IMG/VR virus record: IMGVR_UViG_3300043579_000052
Span: 1 to 46,234 of that record
Origin: a virus
Taxonomy: Duplodnaviria; Caudoviricetes
Length of the DNA: 46,234 nt
Direction: 5' to 3' (one strand)
Positions 35,221-43,541 of the stretch are shown here, piece by piece. Within the stretch, counting starts at the first letter, position 1. The number at the start of each line of letters is the position of its first letter. Below the pieces are notes generated by a model. The model searched no databases. It was not told where the DNA came from and saw only the letters and a list, made by a program, of their open reading frames with translations. The position numbers and the translations under genes are program-made.

Positions 35221-35247
35221 CTTTGTCTCCTTGGTGAACGTGGAGAC

Positions 35248-35276
35248 ACTATGTAGCATGATGCTACATAAGTCAA
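35248..35276 (-). promoter_or_regulatory. sigma70 promoter with palindromic operator
   Basis: TTGACT-17-CATAGT; perfect inverted repeat TATGTAGCAT-N-ATGCTACATA at 35250-35270. Confidence 0.8.
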
Positions 35277-35279
35277 GCA

Positions 35280-36446
35280 CTATTTATCGACTATTTGCAG
35301 CCCGTAGACCGGATTGCGGCTGTTCGTCATGCCGACCTTGGCGCGCTGCAGCCTGCCCTCGAGCATCAGGGAGCGCATGGCTTCGGCAAGCTCGCGCTTG
35401 CTGAAGCTCTCGGCGAGCTTGTACTCGGTCATGGCTTTGGGTAGGTAGCGGGGGCTGGTGGTGCCGTCGGTCGCGGTCACGCCCATCGCTGCCAGACGCT
35501 CCAGGGCCTTCAGGACCGCTCGCTCGGCAGCTTGGCCCTTCAGGTGCCCCACGATGCCGCCTGCGGCCTCCACAGCCTCGGGAACCAGCACTCCATCGCG
35601 ATAGTTGAACTTCCTCCAGTCCTTGGTCGAGTAATTGGACTTTCGGCGGGCCAGATAGCGCACATCGTCGTTCGGGGCCTCATCGACGTCGGCCTTCTCG
35701 CCGGGGAGCTTGGCGCCAAGATACAGGCGCGTCCGGGCCGTATTCTCCCATGCACTCGAGCCCGAGAATTCGCTCCCAGCCGATCGGGCTGGATGGGCTA
35801 GCAGCATGATTGCCCTGCCTGGAAGAACCCCTGCAAGCGCATTAAGGAACGCCGTGACGGCGTGCCGGTCGTTCTCGTTGCCTCCGTAGAGCTGCGCCAC
35901 GTTGTCGAGCACCACGACCTCGGCATCTAAATCTGCTGCCTGCTCGCCAAGCTCGGCCAGAAGCGGCGCGAAGGTGAGCTTGCCGAACTCGGTGCTCACG
36001 AGCGCGTTTTCCAGGCCATGGCGAGGCACGATCACCAGGTTCTCGGTGAATGCTTCCAGACCCGTGCCGAGCCAAGCGCTGATAGACACCTGCCGGCGCC
36101 ACAGCTCATCGTGGTCATCCTCGCAGGCCCACATCAGCACCTTAAGCGGCTCAGGCACGCTCGCCACGAACTCGCAACCGAGCGCAAGGCATGACCCAAG
36201 CTGCTGCGAAAATAGCGTCTTACCTATTCCACCAGGGCCGACCAACAGCGTCGTATGCCCGAACCCGAACCAGCCCTGCATCGCCCAGCGCCGCGGCGGG
36301 GGCTCTCGGGTGGCAAGATCGGACCAGTCAAGCGGATTGCGCTTAGGTGACGCATGCTGCGTCGCATCTCCATTAGACTTTCTGAGCGGCTTCACATTCG
36401 AATACTCAGGAGGCCACGGCGGCTCTTCCATGAAAGGATCGCTCAC
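35280..36446 (-). CDS. AAA_25 / RepA-like (SF4) replicative helicase
   Basis: GPGGIGKT, ACEDD, VVVLDNVAQLYGGNENDR, LLAHP, SGSSAWEN.AR, KSNY. Confidence 0.9.
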   Translation of the reverse strand: MSDPFMEEPPWPPEYSNVKPLRKSNGDATQHASPKRNPLDWSDLATREPPPRRWAMQGWFGFGHTTLLVGPGGIGKTLFSQQLGSCLALGCEFVASVPEPLKVLMWACEDDHDELWRRQVSISAWLGTGLEAFTENLVIVPRHGLENALVSTEFGKLTFAPLLAELGEQAADLDAEVVVLDNVAQLYGGNENDRHAVTAFLNALAGVLPGRAIMLLAHPARSAGSEFSGSSAWENTARTRLYLGAKLPGEKADVDEAPNDDVRYLARRKSNYSTKDWRKFNYRDGVLVPEAVEAAGGIVGHLKGQAAERAVLKALERLAAMGVTATDGTTSPRYLPKAMTEYKLAESFSKRELAEAMRSLMLEGRLQRAKVGMTNSRNPVYGLQIVDK

Positions 36447-36622
36447 GCCGTAGCCTCGGGCTCATCGAATCTCGAGCGCTTCGCCTTCAACTGCGCGAGC
36501 ACGAGCTTCAGCGACTCCACCGCGATCAGCGCATGGTTTGCCGCTTGGTAGTGCGTCTGGATCGCGCCCTCGAGCTGCGCAATCAGCTTCTCGCGCTCCG
36601 TGAGCCCATCGAAATGATTCAC
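36443..36622 (-). CDS. hypothetical helical protein (59 aa)
   Basis: Hand translation MNHFDGLTEREKLIAQLEGAIQ...EPEATA; GTGA overlaps at both ends. Confidence 0.6.
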   Translation of the reverse strand: MNHFDGLTEREKLIAQLEGAIQTHYQAANHALIAVESLKLVLAQLKAKRSRFDEPEATA

Positions 36623-36870
36623 CGGAGAACCTTGATCTTCCCGTTGAGGTGTTTCCCGACCGTGGCGACCGACACCCCGAGTTCGGCCTTGATCTCCTTG
36701 CGCGAGAGCCCTTTCGCATGAAGATCCCCTATCTTTCCGTTAAGCTCGCGTGCGTGCTCTATAGTCCTGCGACCCGGGTTCCCATTGTGATGATCCGCTC
36801 GGCCATATACCGTGCGAACCCCGAGCTTGCAGAGAACACGAAACGCCGCTCGCAGTGCCTCGCTACTCAT
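36619..36870 (-). CDS. HTH DNA-binding protein
   Basis: GLSRKEIKAELGVSVATVGKHL. Confidence 0.7.
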   Translation of the reverse strand: MSSEALRAAFRVLCKLGVRTVYGRADHHNGNPGRRTIEHARELNGKIGDLHAKGLSRKEIKAELGVSVATVGKHLNGKIKVLR

Positions 36871-36931
36871 ATATAGCTTCTAACGAAAGGCGCAAAGCGA
36901 CGCAAACAAAGCGACTTCCGCGCGCAGGTAC

Positions 36932-37408
36932 TCATTCGTTGGGCAGCAACGCTATGGCCGACTCGACATTCCAGCACCATCCTGCAAGCCCTCCTGCCGA
37001 GCGGATTGCGTGAATGCGCTGGCGCTGCGCATCTCGCAGCAGCCTCACATCCGCCGAGCGCTTCACCTCGATCTCGACATAGCGCCCATCGAGCAGGTAC
37101 ACCGTGAGGTCGAGCTTCCCCTTCGAGCCCACGCGGATGAACCGATTGCCATCCTGAAATACGCCCGACTGATTGCGCTCGACGCGCGCCACTCTCTTAT
37201 CCAGGCGCAGCGCATCAACGACCAGCTTCAGAACGTGCTTCTCGAGGGGCCTGCCGTCAGCTCCGGGAGAGCTGCGCTTACGTAGGGGCTTTAAGAGTGC
37301 TGCGGGCTTCGGAGGGGGAGGCTTGTCGAGCGCAGCCGCATAGAACGAAAGAGTGAGGTGATGCGCTTCCATCTGCTCGCGGAGGGATAGGCGCCCTCTT
37401 CTTTTCAT
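36932..37408 (-). CDS. VRR-NUC domain nuclease / Holliday junction resolvase-like
   Basis: E..V....., G.LDL......GRYVEIEVKR.......Q......IRSAGG. Confidence 0.8.
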   Translation of the reverse strand: MKRRGRLSLREQMEAHHLTLSFYAAALDKPPPPKPAALLKPLRKRSSPGADGRPLEKHVLKLVVDALRLDKRVARVERNQSGVFQDGNRFIRVGSKGKLDLTVYLLDGRYVEIEVKRSADVRLLRDAQRQRIHAIRSAGGLAGWCWNVESAIALLPNE

Positions 37409-37464
37409 GCGTGCCTCCGATCGGAATCATCAGGATTGCTACGTGCGCTTCGAGCAGATGCAGG

Positions 37465-37492
37465 AATAAAAGGCCCCCGCGGTGGCGGGGGC
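37465..37492 (-). terminator. intrinsic terminator (tR1-like)
   Basis: GCCCCCGC-CACC-GCGGGGGC-CTTTTATT on the minus strand. Confidence 0.75.
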
Positions 37493-37554
37493 AAAACGCC
37501 GGTCCCATTCGGGGAGGTTGGAGCAGCTCGGGACCGGCGGTTGATGATGGTTGT

Positions 37555-38001
37555 TCATGCGACGCGCGCTTCTTCGCGAGTTTGGATGGCCGCTCTAAAT
37601 GCCGCCTCGGCCTCCGCTTGCGTAGAGAACCTGCCGATGTACTTGCGCCCGAGCTGTACTTGATACGGCTTTTGTTTGCGCTCTTTTACGAAGGTCCAGC
37701 CGCGCGATGACATTGTCCGCGCCAACTGCCCGATGCGCACAACCTCGTTCTGCCACTCTGAGAATGCTCTACGGAAGTCCCTGCAGTTCTCGAGGTTCGT
37801 GCATACATATACGTTCCCAGTTTCGTATGGACCGCTGTCGCCCTTGCGGGCCATGCAATAGCGGTCTCGTCCGCGCCCGCGCCGATTCCAGTTGCCAGAT
37901 GCGTCCCAGATGGCTACCCATTCCTCGTACGTGAGGTTCCACGCGATGCCGCGCTGTTTTGCAGATCGGCGATTCGCCGTAAAGGCTTGACGGCGGGTCA
38001 C
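37555..38001 (-). CDS. HNH-like + AP2-like domain protein
   Basis: AKQRGIAWNLTYEEW..IW...YCMARKGDSGPYETGNV....N.EN, then KYIGRFSTQAEAEAA. Confidence 0.7.
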   Translation of the reverse strand: MTRRQAFTANRRSAKQRGIAWNLTYEEWVAIWDASGNWNRRGRGRDRYCMARKGDSGPYETGNVYVCTNLENCRDFRRAFSEWQNEVVRIGQLARTMSSRGWTFVKERKQKPYQVQLGRKYIGRFSTQAEAEAAFRAAIQTREEARVA

Positions 38002-38234
38002 GGCACCTTCTTTGCCGATCCGTTACCGTTGACCTTGAAGTAAGGCGCCAGAGCGTCTTGTTTGGCTTCGTCGTCGGCTTTCAGCCGCCCTCGGCTCAGG
38101 TTCGCAGCGATAAGTTGCCACTTAGACGGGATGCGCCGCTTCTTCCACACATTGACGCTTTGCCTTTCCAATCCAAGGGCTTGCGCGGCCTTGGATTGCC
38201 CGCCCCAATGGGCAATTAGTTCCTTGTAATTCAT
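37998..38234 (-). CDS. cro: Cro-like repressor
   Basis: LIAHWGGQSKAAQALGLERQSVNVWK...IP...Q; divergent from the cI-like gene. Confidence 0.85.
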   Translation of the reverse strand: MNYKELIAHWGGQSKAAQALGLERQSVNVWKKRRIPSKWQLIAANLSRGRLKADDEAKQDALAPYFKVNGNGSAKKVP

Positions 38235-38243
38235 GAGTCACGC

Positions 38244-38273
38244 AGTATCCGCCTAGCGTTACGAGATTGTCAA
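38244..38273 (-). promoter_or_regulatory. PR-like promoter for cro
   Basis: TTGACA-18-GATACT. Confidence 0.65.
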
Positions 38274-38284
38274 CGGCTGCATAC
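38269..38284. promoter_or_regulatory. repressor operator
   Basis: GTCAACGGCTGCATAC; 14/16 identical to the reverse complement of 39163-39178; overlaps the -35. Confidence 0.7.
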
Positions 38285-38329
38285 GCGAGCGAGGTTGGAC
38301 GGAGGGATAGACAAACCCATTAGAGCCGT

Positions 38330-38345
38330 GTAAACATGCGTATAC
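38330..38345. promoter_or_regulatory. repressor operator (weaker, upstream of cI)
   Basis: GTAAACATGCGTATAC; 12/16 identical to GTCAACATCTGCATAC. Confidence 0.55.
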
Positions 38346-38372
38346 CTTAGCGTCAACACCACGGGGGAAACC

Positions 38373-38888
38373 ATGAACGAGTTCAAAGCACGACTACAGG
38401 AGGCTGCGAAATACGCCGGCATCGAACAGCATCAAGCCGGCATCGCATCTTCATTAAATCTCAGCCGGCAGACTGTGAATCGCTGGTTCCACGGATGGGA
38501 GCCGAACGCGAAGATGCTCCTGCATATCGCTCGATGCTGGAGTGTCGATGCGCAGTGGCTCAAAGACGGGACTGGCACCATGCTGCAGACGCCATCGCCC
38601 GATGGGCTCTCAGCCGAAGAGCGCGATCTCGTGAAGGATTACCGCAGCGCAACACCCAAGGTGCGCGAATTTATCCGCACGACGGCGCGGGCAGTGCGCA
38701 AGTCCGTCGTGATGATCGCCGCCGTCATCCCTCCGCTGCTCGTGCCATCGCCAACAGACGCGCGAGTTTTACATAATCAAAATTTCATGCCGAATTCGAG
38801 CGGAATACTGATTGCATTGCGACGCCTGCGCGCGTGGCTGCAACGTGCTAACCCGCTGTTTGTAGCACGCCTCAACTTGGGACTGTAG
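38373..38888 (+). CDS. CI-like XRE repressor without S24 peptidase domain
   Basis: F.ARL..A......QAGIASSLNLSRQTVNRWFHG.EP....L..IA....V...WL..G.G; LS.EE..LV..YR. Confidence 0.85.
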   Translation: MNEFKARLQEAAKYAGIEQHQAGIASSLNLSRQTVNRWFHGWEPNAKMLLHIARCWSVDAQWLKDGTGTMLQTPSPDGLSAEERDLVKDYRSATPKVREFIRTTARAVRKSVVMIAAVIPPLLVPSPTDARVLHNQNFMPNSSGILIALRRLRAWLQRANPLFVARLNLGL

Positions 38889-38908
38889 GGACAGCAACAC
38901 CGCAGTGC

Positions 38909-39145
38909 ATGGCGTTTAATGTAGCTATGGCGCCCGATACTGGGGGGTTGGTCGCCCAGATCCTCAATGACGCATGGATGGTGCGCAATTACTCGCGTAA
39001 CCGCATGCGCCGAGAGCAGGCGATTCTGAAGCTCTGGCTCACCGCCCGCGAAGTGTTCAACAAATCCACGGAAGCGCAAGACCGCGAAGCGCTCCTCACC
39101 GCGCTCGTTGACGGCCTGCGCCCTCATGATGAGCGCCCCTTCTAG
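38909..39145 (+). CDS. hypothetical protein co-transcribed with cI
   Basis: 78-aa ORF. Confidence 0.55.
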   Translation: MAFNVAMAPDTGGLVAQILNDAWMVRNYSRNRMRREQAILKLWLTAREVFNKSTEAQDREALLTALVDGLRPHDERPF

Positions 39146-39162
39146 TTTTTTTTACTCTGTGC

Positions 39163-39203
39163 GTATGCAGATGTTGACACCGGCGTATCTTGTGGCGGAC
39201 AAT
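39163..39203 (+). promoter_or_regulatory. PL-like promoter with overlapping operator
   Basis: Operator GTATGCAGATGTTGAC at 39163-39178; TTGACA-18-GACAAT; T-tract upstream. Confidence 0.75.
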
Positions 39204-39209
39204 TCCCCC

Positions 39210-39341
39210 ATGCTCCCCGAACGCCTCGAAGTGTTCCAGCGCCGCCGCGAGGATGAGGCTGCGTCTGGTGCGGTGCTACTCACGAAGTTGCTGCTGGTGC
39301 TCCTGTGCGCCGCAGTGCTGATCGACTGGATCGCGCGGTGA
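39210..39341 (+). CDS. small membrane protein, probably leaderless
   Basis: ATG 6 nt after the -10; VLLTKLLLVLLCAAVLIDWI. Confidence 0.55.
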   Translation: MLPERLEVFQRRREDEAASGAVLLTKLLLVLLCAAVLIDWIAR

Positions 39342-39547
39342 GCGAGTCGAAGCGTTGCTCAGACTGCAAGCACTACAGCGCGCCCAAGTTCGGCGGTACG
39401 ACGCTGTGGCTGGCTGGATGCAAGCACAAGAACAACCGCAGCTTAGTGGACGGAAGTTTCGGTCGAAGAGCGCCTGCTGATTTGCGTTATAGCTTGGCGA
39501 AGAAAGACTGCGGCGAGGCCGGACTCTGGTGGGAGCCTGTCGCATGA
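39338..39547 (+). CDS. Cys-rich hypothetical protein
   Basis: CSDCKH...C...CGEAGLWWEP. Confidence 0.65.
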   Translation: MSESKRCSDCKHYSAPKFGGTTLWLAGCKHKNNRSLVDGSFGRRAPADLRYSLAKKDCGEAGLWWEPVA

Positions 39548-39693
39548 AGATCCTGCGCACGTTCCGCTATCGCACGGCTGCAGAGAGCCGCGCGCCAGGA
39601 TATTTAGCGCGCCGCATGAAAGCCTACGCGCGTCTTCTCAGGATGCGCGAGCGCCATCAGGTCATTCCAATCAAAGGAGTTAAGCATGGTTAA
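39544..39693 (+). CDS. small basic hypothetical protein
   Basis: Hand translation MKILRTFRYRTAAES...; ATGA-coupled. Confidence 0.55.
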   Translation: MKILRTFRYRTAAESRAPGYLARRMKAYARLLRMRERHQVIPIKGVKHG

Positions 39694-39889
39694 CGAAGAC
39701 ATTCCGCTGATTGCCCAGGGCATGACCGCTTCGTACAAGGCCGGCATGGAGAGCGAGCGGCGCATGCTCACGCAGGACATTCTGCTGCCGATCTTCAGGG
39801 CGCTGGAGATGGCCGAGCGCGACCCGCAGGCGAAGATCCCGAGCGTGCTGATGGCGGCGATAGTTTCGGCGCGGGCGAAGTTCAAGTGA
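39686..39889 (+). CDS. hypothetical protein
   Basis: AAAGGAG RBS. Confidence 0.7.
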   Translation: MVNEDIPLIAQGMTASYKAGMESERRMLTQDILLPIFRALEMAERDPQAKIPSVLMAAIVSARAKFK

Positions 39890-40104
39890 GCCGCTATATC
39901 GTGCGCGTAGTCGGGCCAAGCGGTATGTGCAGCTATCTCGCGCACGGGCATGAGGTCGAAATGCAGGATGCGGCTACTCACTACGCGCACCCGAGCGCTG
40001 CGTGGCGTGCGGCTGCGTCGTATAACGTGAAATCCAAGAGGCTCTGGCCATGCCCTCCGATTACCGACGTGCTCGACACGCGCGACCCGGAGCGCAGGGT
40101 ATGA
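39886..40104 (+). CDS. hypothetical protein
   Basis: GTGA/ATGA coupling. Confidence 0.6.
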   Translation: MSRYIVRVVGPSGMCSYLAHGHEVEMQDAATHYAHPSAAWRAAASYNVKSKRLWPCPPITDVLDTRDPERRV

Positions 40105-40298
40105 GCAAGTCCCCGTCCCTCGCCATCCTGCGCGCAGAGCTGAAGGCCGCGAAGGACCTTAATGCTGAGTTGGTGGATTATCTGGAGCGGGTTGTCGATC
40201 ACGCTCTCGCTTCTTCCAAGAGCGGCACTCCATACTATAGGCCGGTTCTGTTAGCTGGAGCCGCAAGGGTAATCGCCAAGGCCAAGGGGCATCCGTGA
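40101..40298 (+). CDS. hypothetical protein
   Basis: ELVDYLE....ARVIAKAKG, common in phage early genes. Confidence 0.65.
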   Translation: MSKSPSLAILRAELKAAKDLNAELVDYLERVVDHALASSKSGTPYYRPVLLAGAARVIAKAKGHP

Positions 40299-40534
40299 GC
40301 GCCCCCGAAGGATTCGATGGCGTCTACCCATGCCGCCAGCATCCGGAGCGCGAGGCCACGCCGCCCATCGCCCTGCGTCTATGCCAGGAGTGCCACGAAG
40401 ACGCGAAGCGCAATTACGCCGAGCAGCACGAGCGCGAGTATCCATTCCGCTTCCAGGATGAGCAGTCCCCGGACGGGCGCTATATCTACAAGGAAATGCG
40501 CGGCTATTACAAGCCGAGGAGAGAGGAGATATGA
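40295..40534 (+). CDS. hypothetical protein
   Basis: CRQH...LCQECH. Confidence 0.6.
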   Translation: MSAPEGFDGVYPCRQHPEREATPPIALRLCQECHEDAKRNYAEQHEREYPFRFQDEQSPDGRYIYKEMRGYYKPRREEI

Positions 40535-40791
40535 GTTCTGCTCTGGATACGACGAAGATTATGTGCAGCGAGCGCCGCTGCCTCTGGCGTGGAACGGAAG
40601 ATCAGGTTCTCAAAGCGCCCAGTCCGTTTGAACCCGATGTGGAGTGCTGGGGTTGCCCGGACTGCAAGGAAATAAACACGATGGTCGGCGTATGCGACGA
40701 GCCTGGATGCTGGCAGGAAACCTCGTGCGGCACGCCAACGAAAGACGGCGGCTACCGCAGGACGTGCGGCAAGCACAGGCCGGAGGAATAA
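40531..40791 (+). CDS. Cys-rich zinc-binding protein
   Basis: C....C.W.G...GCPDC...CDEPGC...TCGKH. Confidence 0.7.
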   Translation: MSSALDTTKIMCSERRCLWRGTEDQVLKAPSPFEPDVECWGCPDCKEINTMVGVCDEPGCWQETSCGTPTKDGGYRRTCGKHRPEE

Positions 40792-40826
40792 ATGGCGCGC
40801 ACCCTGAATAACAGAGAGGTATCCGA

Positions 40827-41522
40827 ATGACCACCACCGCACTCGTCCCCATCAGCGACCTCGAGCGCATGGCAATCGCATTCGCCAAGTCGGGCATGTT
40901 CGGAGCTAAGACACCGGACCAAGCGATGGCGCTCCTGCTCCTCGCTCAGGCCGAAGGCGTACACCCCGCCATTGCCATGCGCGACTTCGACGTGATCCAA
41001 GGCAAGCCATCGAAGAAATCCGAGGCGATGCATCGCGCATTCCTCGCCGCCGGCGGTACGGTGGAATGGCACAAGTACGCCGACGACGGTGCTGAGGCCA
41101 CGTTCTCGCACCCGCAGGGCGGCACCATCCGCATATCGTGGGATGCCGAGCGCGCTAAGAGGGCTGGCCTTAGCCAGAAGGAGATGTACGGCAAGTTCGC
41201 TCGGCAGATGTATGGGGCCCGCGTGATTTCTGAGGGTGTGCGCAAGGTGTATCCGGCTGCAACGAGCGGACTGTATGTGCCGGAAGAAGTGCGCACGTTC
41301 AAGGCGCCGAAGGACATGGGCGTCGCTGATGTCGTGGTCGATAGCGAAGTGCTGAAGGTCTCGCCCGAGCAGATCGCTGCCATCGAGGCCACGCTGAAGG
41401 AGACCGGCTTCGACAGGGCCGCGTTTCTCGAGTTCGCCGGGATAGCGGAAATCAGCGAGCTTGCGGCGTCCGATGCGCCCAAGGCCGTAGAGTGGATCAA
41501 GCGGCAAAAGAAAGCAGCATGA
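40827..41522 (+). CDS. single-strand annealing protein (RecT/Red-beta-like)
   Basis: MA.AFAKSGMFG....QA..L.L..Q..G.HP..A.....VIQGKP, W....AKRAGL, ARQM..AR.ISEGVR..YP....GLY.PEE. Confidence 0.75.
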   Translation: MTTTALVPISDLERMAIAFAKSGMFGAKTPDQAMALLLLAQAEGVHPAIAMRDFDVIQGKPSKKSEAMHRAFLAAGGTVEWHKYADDGAEATFSHPQGGTIRISWDAERAKRAGLSQKEMYGKFARQMYGARVISEGVRKVYPAATSGLYVPEEVRTFKAPKDMGVADVVVDSEVLKVSPEQIAAIEATLKETGFDRAAFLEFAGIAEISELAASDAPKAVEWIKRQKKAA

Positions 41523-41581
41523 GCGCCATTACCTTCGGCTGTGGCTTGATAGGCACTCATGACTGAAATTGTGAGGACTCG

Positions 41582-41746
41582 ATGAGCGTCAAGCGCAACG
41601 GAATCGGCCAGATCAAGCGAGAGAAGCCGAACAGGGACTACCGCCGCGCGCACTTCATCGGAGCTGCGCGTCTTGTCCAAACAGGCCGGCCGCTCGACAG
41701 CTTCAGGGGGAAAGTTCTTATGGCGCTGAAAAGGTACTTCGCATGA
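41582..41746 (+). CDS. small basic hypothetical protein
   Basis: GAGGA RBS; hand translation MSVKRNGIGQIK...KRYFA. Confidence 0.55.
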   Translation: MSVKRNGIGQIKREKPNRDYRRAHFIGAARLVQTGRPLDSFRGKVLMALKRYFA

Positions 41747-42063
41747 GTCACGCCAAATGCACGGATGCAGGCGCACTTGCCGAGAAGTACCGAGCGGCGG
41801 CCTACATGATCGAGGGCGGAGAGTATTTCTATGCCTGCAACGCCTTGGAGGCGGCCGGACTTACTTGCTCTCCGTTCTCGGCCATGTTTAGGCCCACCCT
41901 GAAGGAGATCAATGAGTACGTTCCACTGCCTAGTGGCGAGCGGTGGTACGCGACAGATATAGGCGGCGCGTGGGGCTTCTTCTTGGACGAAGGAACTCCG
42001 GGCGGTCGCGCTCTCGCCCTGCGCTTCATGGCCGCGATGGCAGAGGACGGTTATGTCCGATAA
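41743..42063 (+). CDS. hypothetical protein
   Basis: Ends RALALRFMAAMAE. Confidence 0.65.
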   Translation: MSHAKCTDAGALAEKYRAAAYMIEGGEYFYACNALEAAGLTCSPFSAMFRPTLKEINEYVPLPSGERWYATDIGGAWGFFLDEGTPGGRALALRFMAAMAEDGYVR

Positions 42064-42427
42064 ATGCGCCTCGCACAGCTACTCGACGGAGGATGTCCTG
42101 AAGGACGCGCTGAATTACATCCTGCACGTCGGCTCGAACTGGACCGAACGCGGCGAACCGCACCCGCAAGAGTGGCTGGTGAAGCGGCTGCAGGAGTGCA
42201 TTAAGAGTTCCCATAGGCCGGACGGCGGACTTAGGTATCTCGGCACGTTCCTAGGTTTCAAGGTCTACGAAGATCCATCTCTGAAAGAAGGCGAATTCAG
42301 GCTCAACCACGATGCGCAAATCACCAACGAGATGCTGGAGCTAGAAAAGCGTCTGTTTGCCACAAGCGGCGAAGTTGACCCTAAAGTAGCGAAGTGGGCC
42401 GACCTTTACGACAAGGCGAATCGGTGA
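42053..42427 (+). CDS. hypothetical protein (mosaic)
   Basis: GAGGA RBS; operon position. Confidence 0.6.
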   Translation: MSDKCASHSYSTEDVLKDALNYILHVGSNWTERGEPHPQEWLVKRLQECIKSSHRPDGGLRYLGTFLGFKVYEDPSLKEGEFRLNHDAQITNEMLELEKRLFATSGEVDPKVAKWADLYDKANR

Positions 42428-42615
42428 GGTACAAACAACGCCAGGACGGCGAAGGGTTCGATGTGCCAAGTGGCAAGATCTACCGGATCGCATGCTGCGA
42501 TTGTGGGCTCGTTCATGACTTCGTGTTCGTGGCTGGCAAGGGTGTCGTCGGAGTAGCTGCGCGCAGGAACAAACGTGCAACAGCCGCTCTAAGGAGAAGG
42601 CCGCATGTCAAATAG
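42424..42615 (+). CDS. small CCDC zinc-binding protein
   Basis: ACCDCGLVH motif. Confidence 0.7.
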   Translation: MRYKQRQDGEGFDVPSGKIYRIACCDCGLVHDFVFVAGKGVVGVAARRNKRATAALRRRPHVK

Positions 42616-43339
42616 CACGCTTACCCCACCTTGCGGAGTAAATATGCACGTTGACGTACTGGACTTTGGCTATGTGAAGGCCGTCGAGGGCTGGGGGCGT
42701 GACGAGAGCATCATCGAAGCCGCGCGCATGTCCACCGGCAAGGGCTTCCAGGGCTGGGACAGCGACGCGAAGCTGCTCGCCTACCTCTACAACAACAAGC
42801 ACGCCACGCCGTTCGAGATGGCCGGGGTAATCATCGAAGTGAAAGCGCCCATCTTTGTGTTCCGGGAATGGCACCGGCACCGCACACAGAGCTACAACGA
42901 GATGAGCGCGCGCTACATCCCGCTGCCGGATCAGAACTACCAGCCTGGCGCCGTTGCGATCCTTGAACGCATAGCGGCTGCGGGCACGAACAAGCAGGCT
43001 CGTGGGACCACCGATCAGGTTCCGGACGAGTGGGAAGTTACGACGTGGCTGAAGGCGCTGGACGAGGCGTACAAGCACGCCCAGGCGGTCTACGAAAGCG
43101 GCCTGTCCATGGGCATCCCCAAGGAGATCGCACGCCTGCCGGTCCCTGTGGCGCGCTACAGCCGCATGCGGGCGAGCGCGAACCTGCGGAACTGGCTGGC
43201 CTTCCTGACGCTGCGCATGGCACCGGCCGCGCAGTGGGAGATCCGGCAATACGCGAACGCGGTCGGCCAGATCATCGCGGGCTACTTCCCGCGGACGTGG
43301 GAGCTGTTCGAAGCGGAGAGGGCCAATGCCGGCAAATGA
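42605..43339 (+). CDS. thyX: flavin-dependent thymidylate synthase (alternative start 42644)
   Basis: IIEAARMS, HATPFE, APIFVFREWHRHRTQSYNEMSARY, KEIARL, NLRNWLAFL.LR....AQWEIR. Confidence 0.93.
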   Translation: MSNSTLTPPCGVNMHVDVLDFGYVKAVEGWGRDESIIEAARMSTGKGFQGWDSDAKLLAYLYNNKHATPFEMAGVIIEVKAPIFVFREWHRHRTQSYNEMSARYIPLPDQNYQPGAVAILERIAAAGTNKQARGTTDQVPDEWEVTTWLKALDEAYKHAQAVYESGLSMGIPKEIARLPVPVARYSRMRASANLRNWLAFLTLRMAPAAQWEIRQYANAVGQIIAGYFPRTWELFEAERANAGK

Positions 43340-43541
43340 CATTCAGCACGGTGGCGACCACTACAAGGGCAAGAAGATCGAGCCGTGGGATTACATCATC
43401 GCCAACGGCCTCGGGTTCCTCGAAGGCACGGCGATCAAGTACATCACCCGCTGGCGCGACAAGGGCGGCCTCGTGGACCTGATGAAGGCCAGGCACTACA
43501 TCGAGAAGCTGATCGAGGTTGAAATTGAGAGGCAGAAATGA
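43326..43541 (+). CDS. DUF3310-family (T7 gp1.7-like) protein
   Basis: Q.GGDHY...IEPWDYI..NGLGFLEG.AIKYI.R...KGG..DL.KA.HY. Confidence 0.85.
   Translation: MPANDIQHGGDHYKGKKIEPWDYIIANGLGFLEGTAIKYITRWRDKGGLVDLMKARHYIEKLIEVEIERQK

Noticed and set aside
42608-43342. 244-aa minus ORF mirroring thyX
   Set aside because: Codon-register shadow of thyX.
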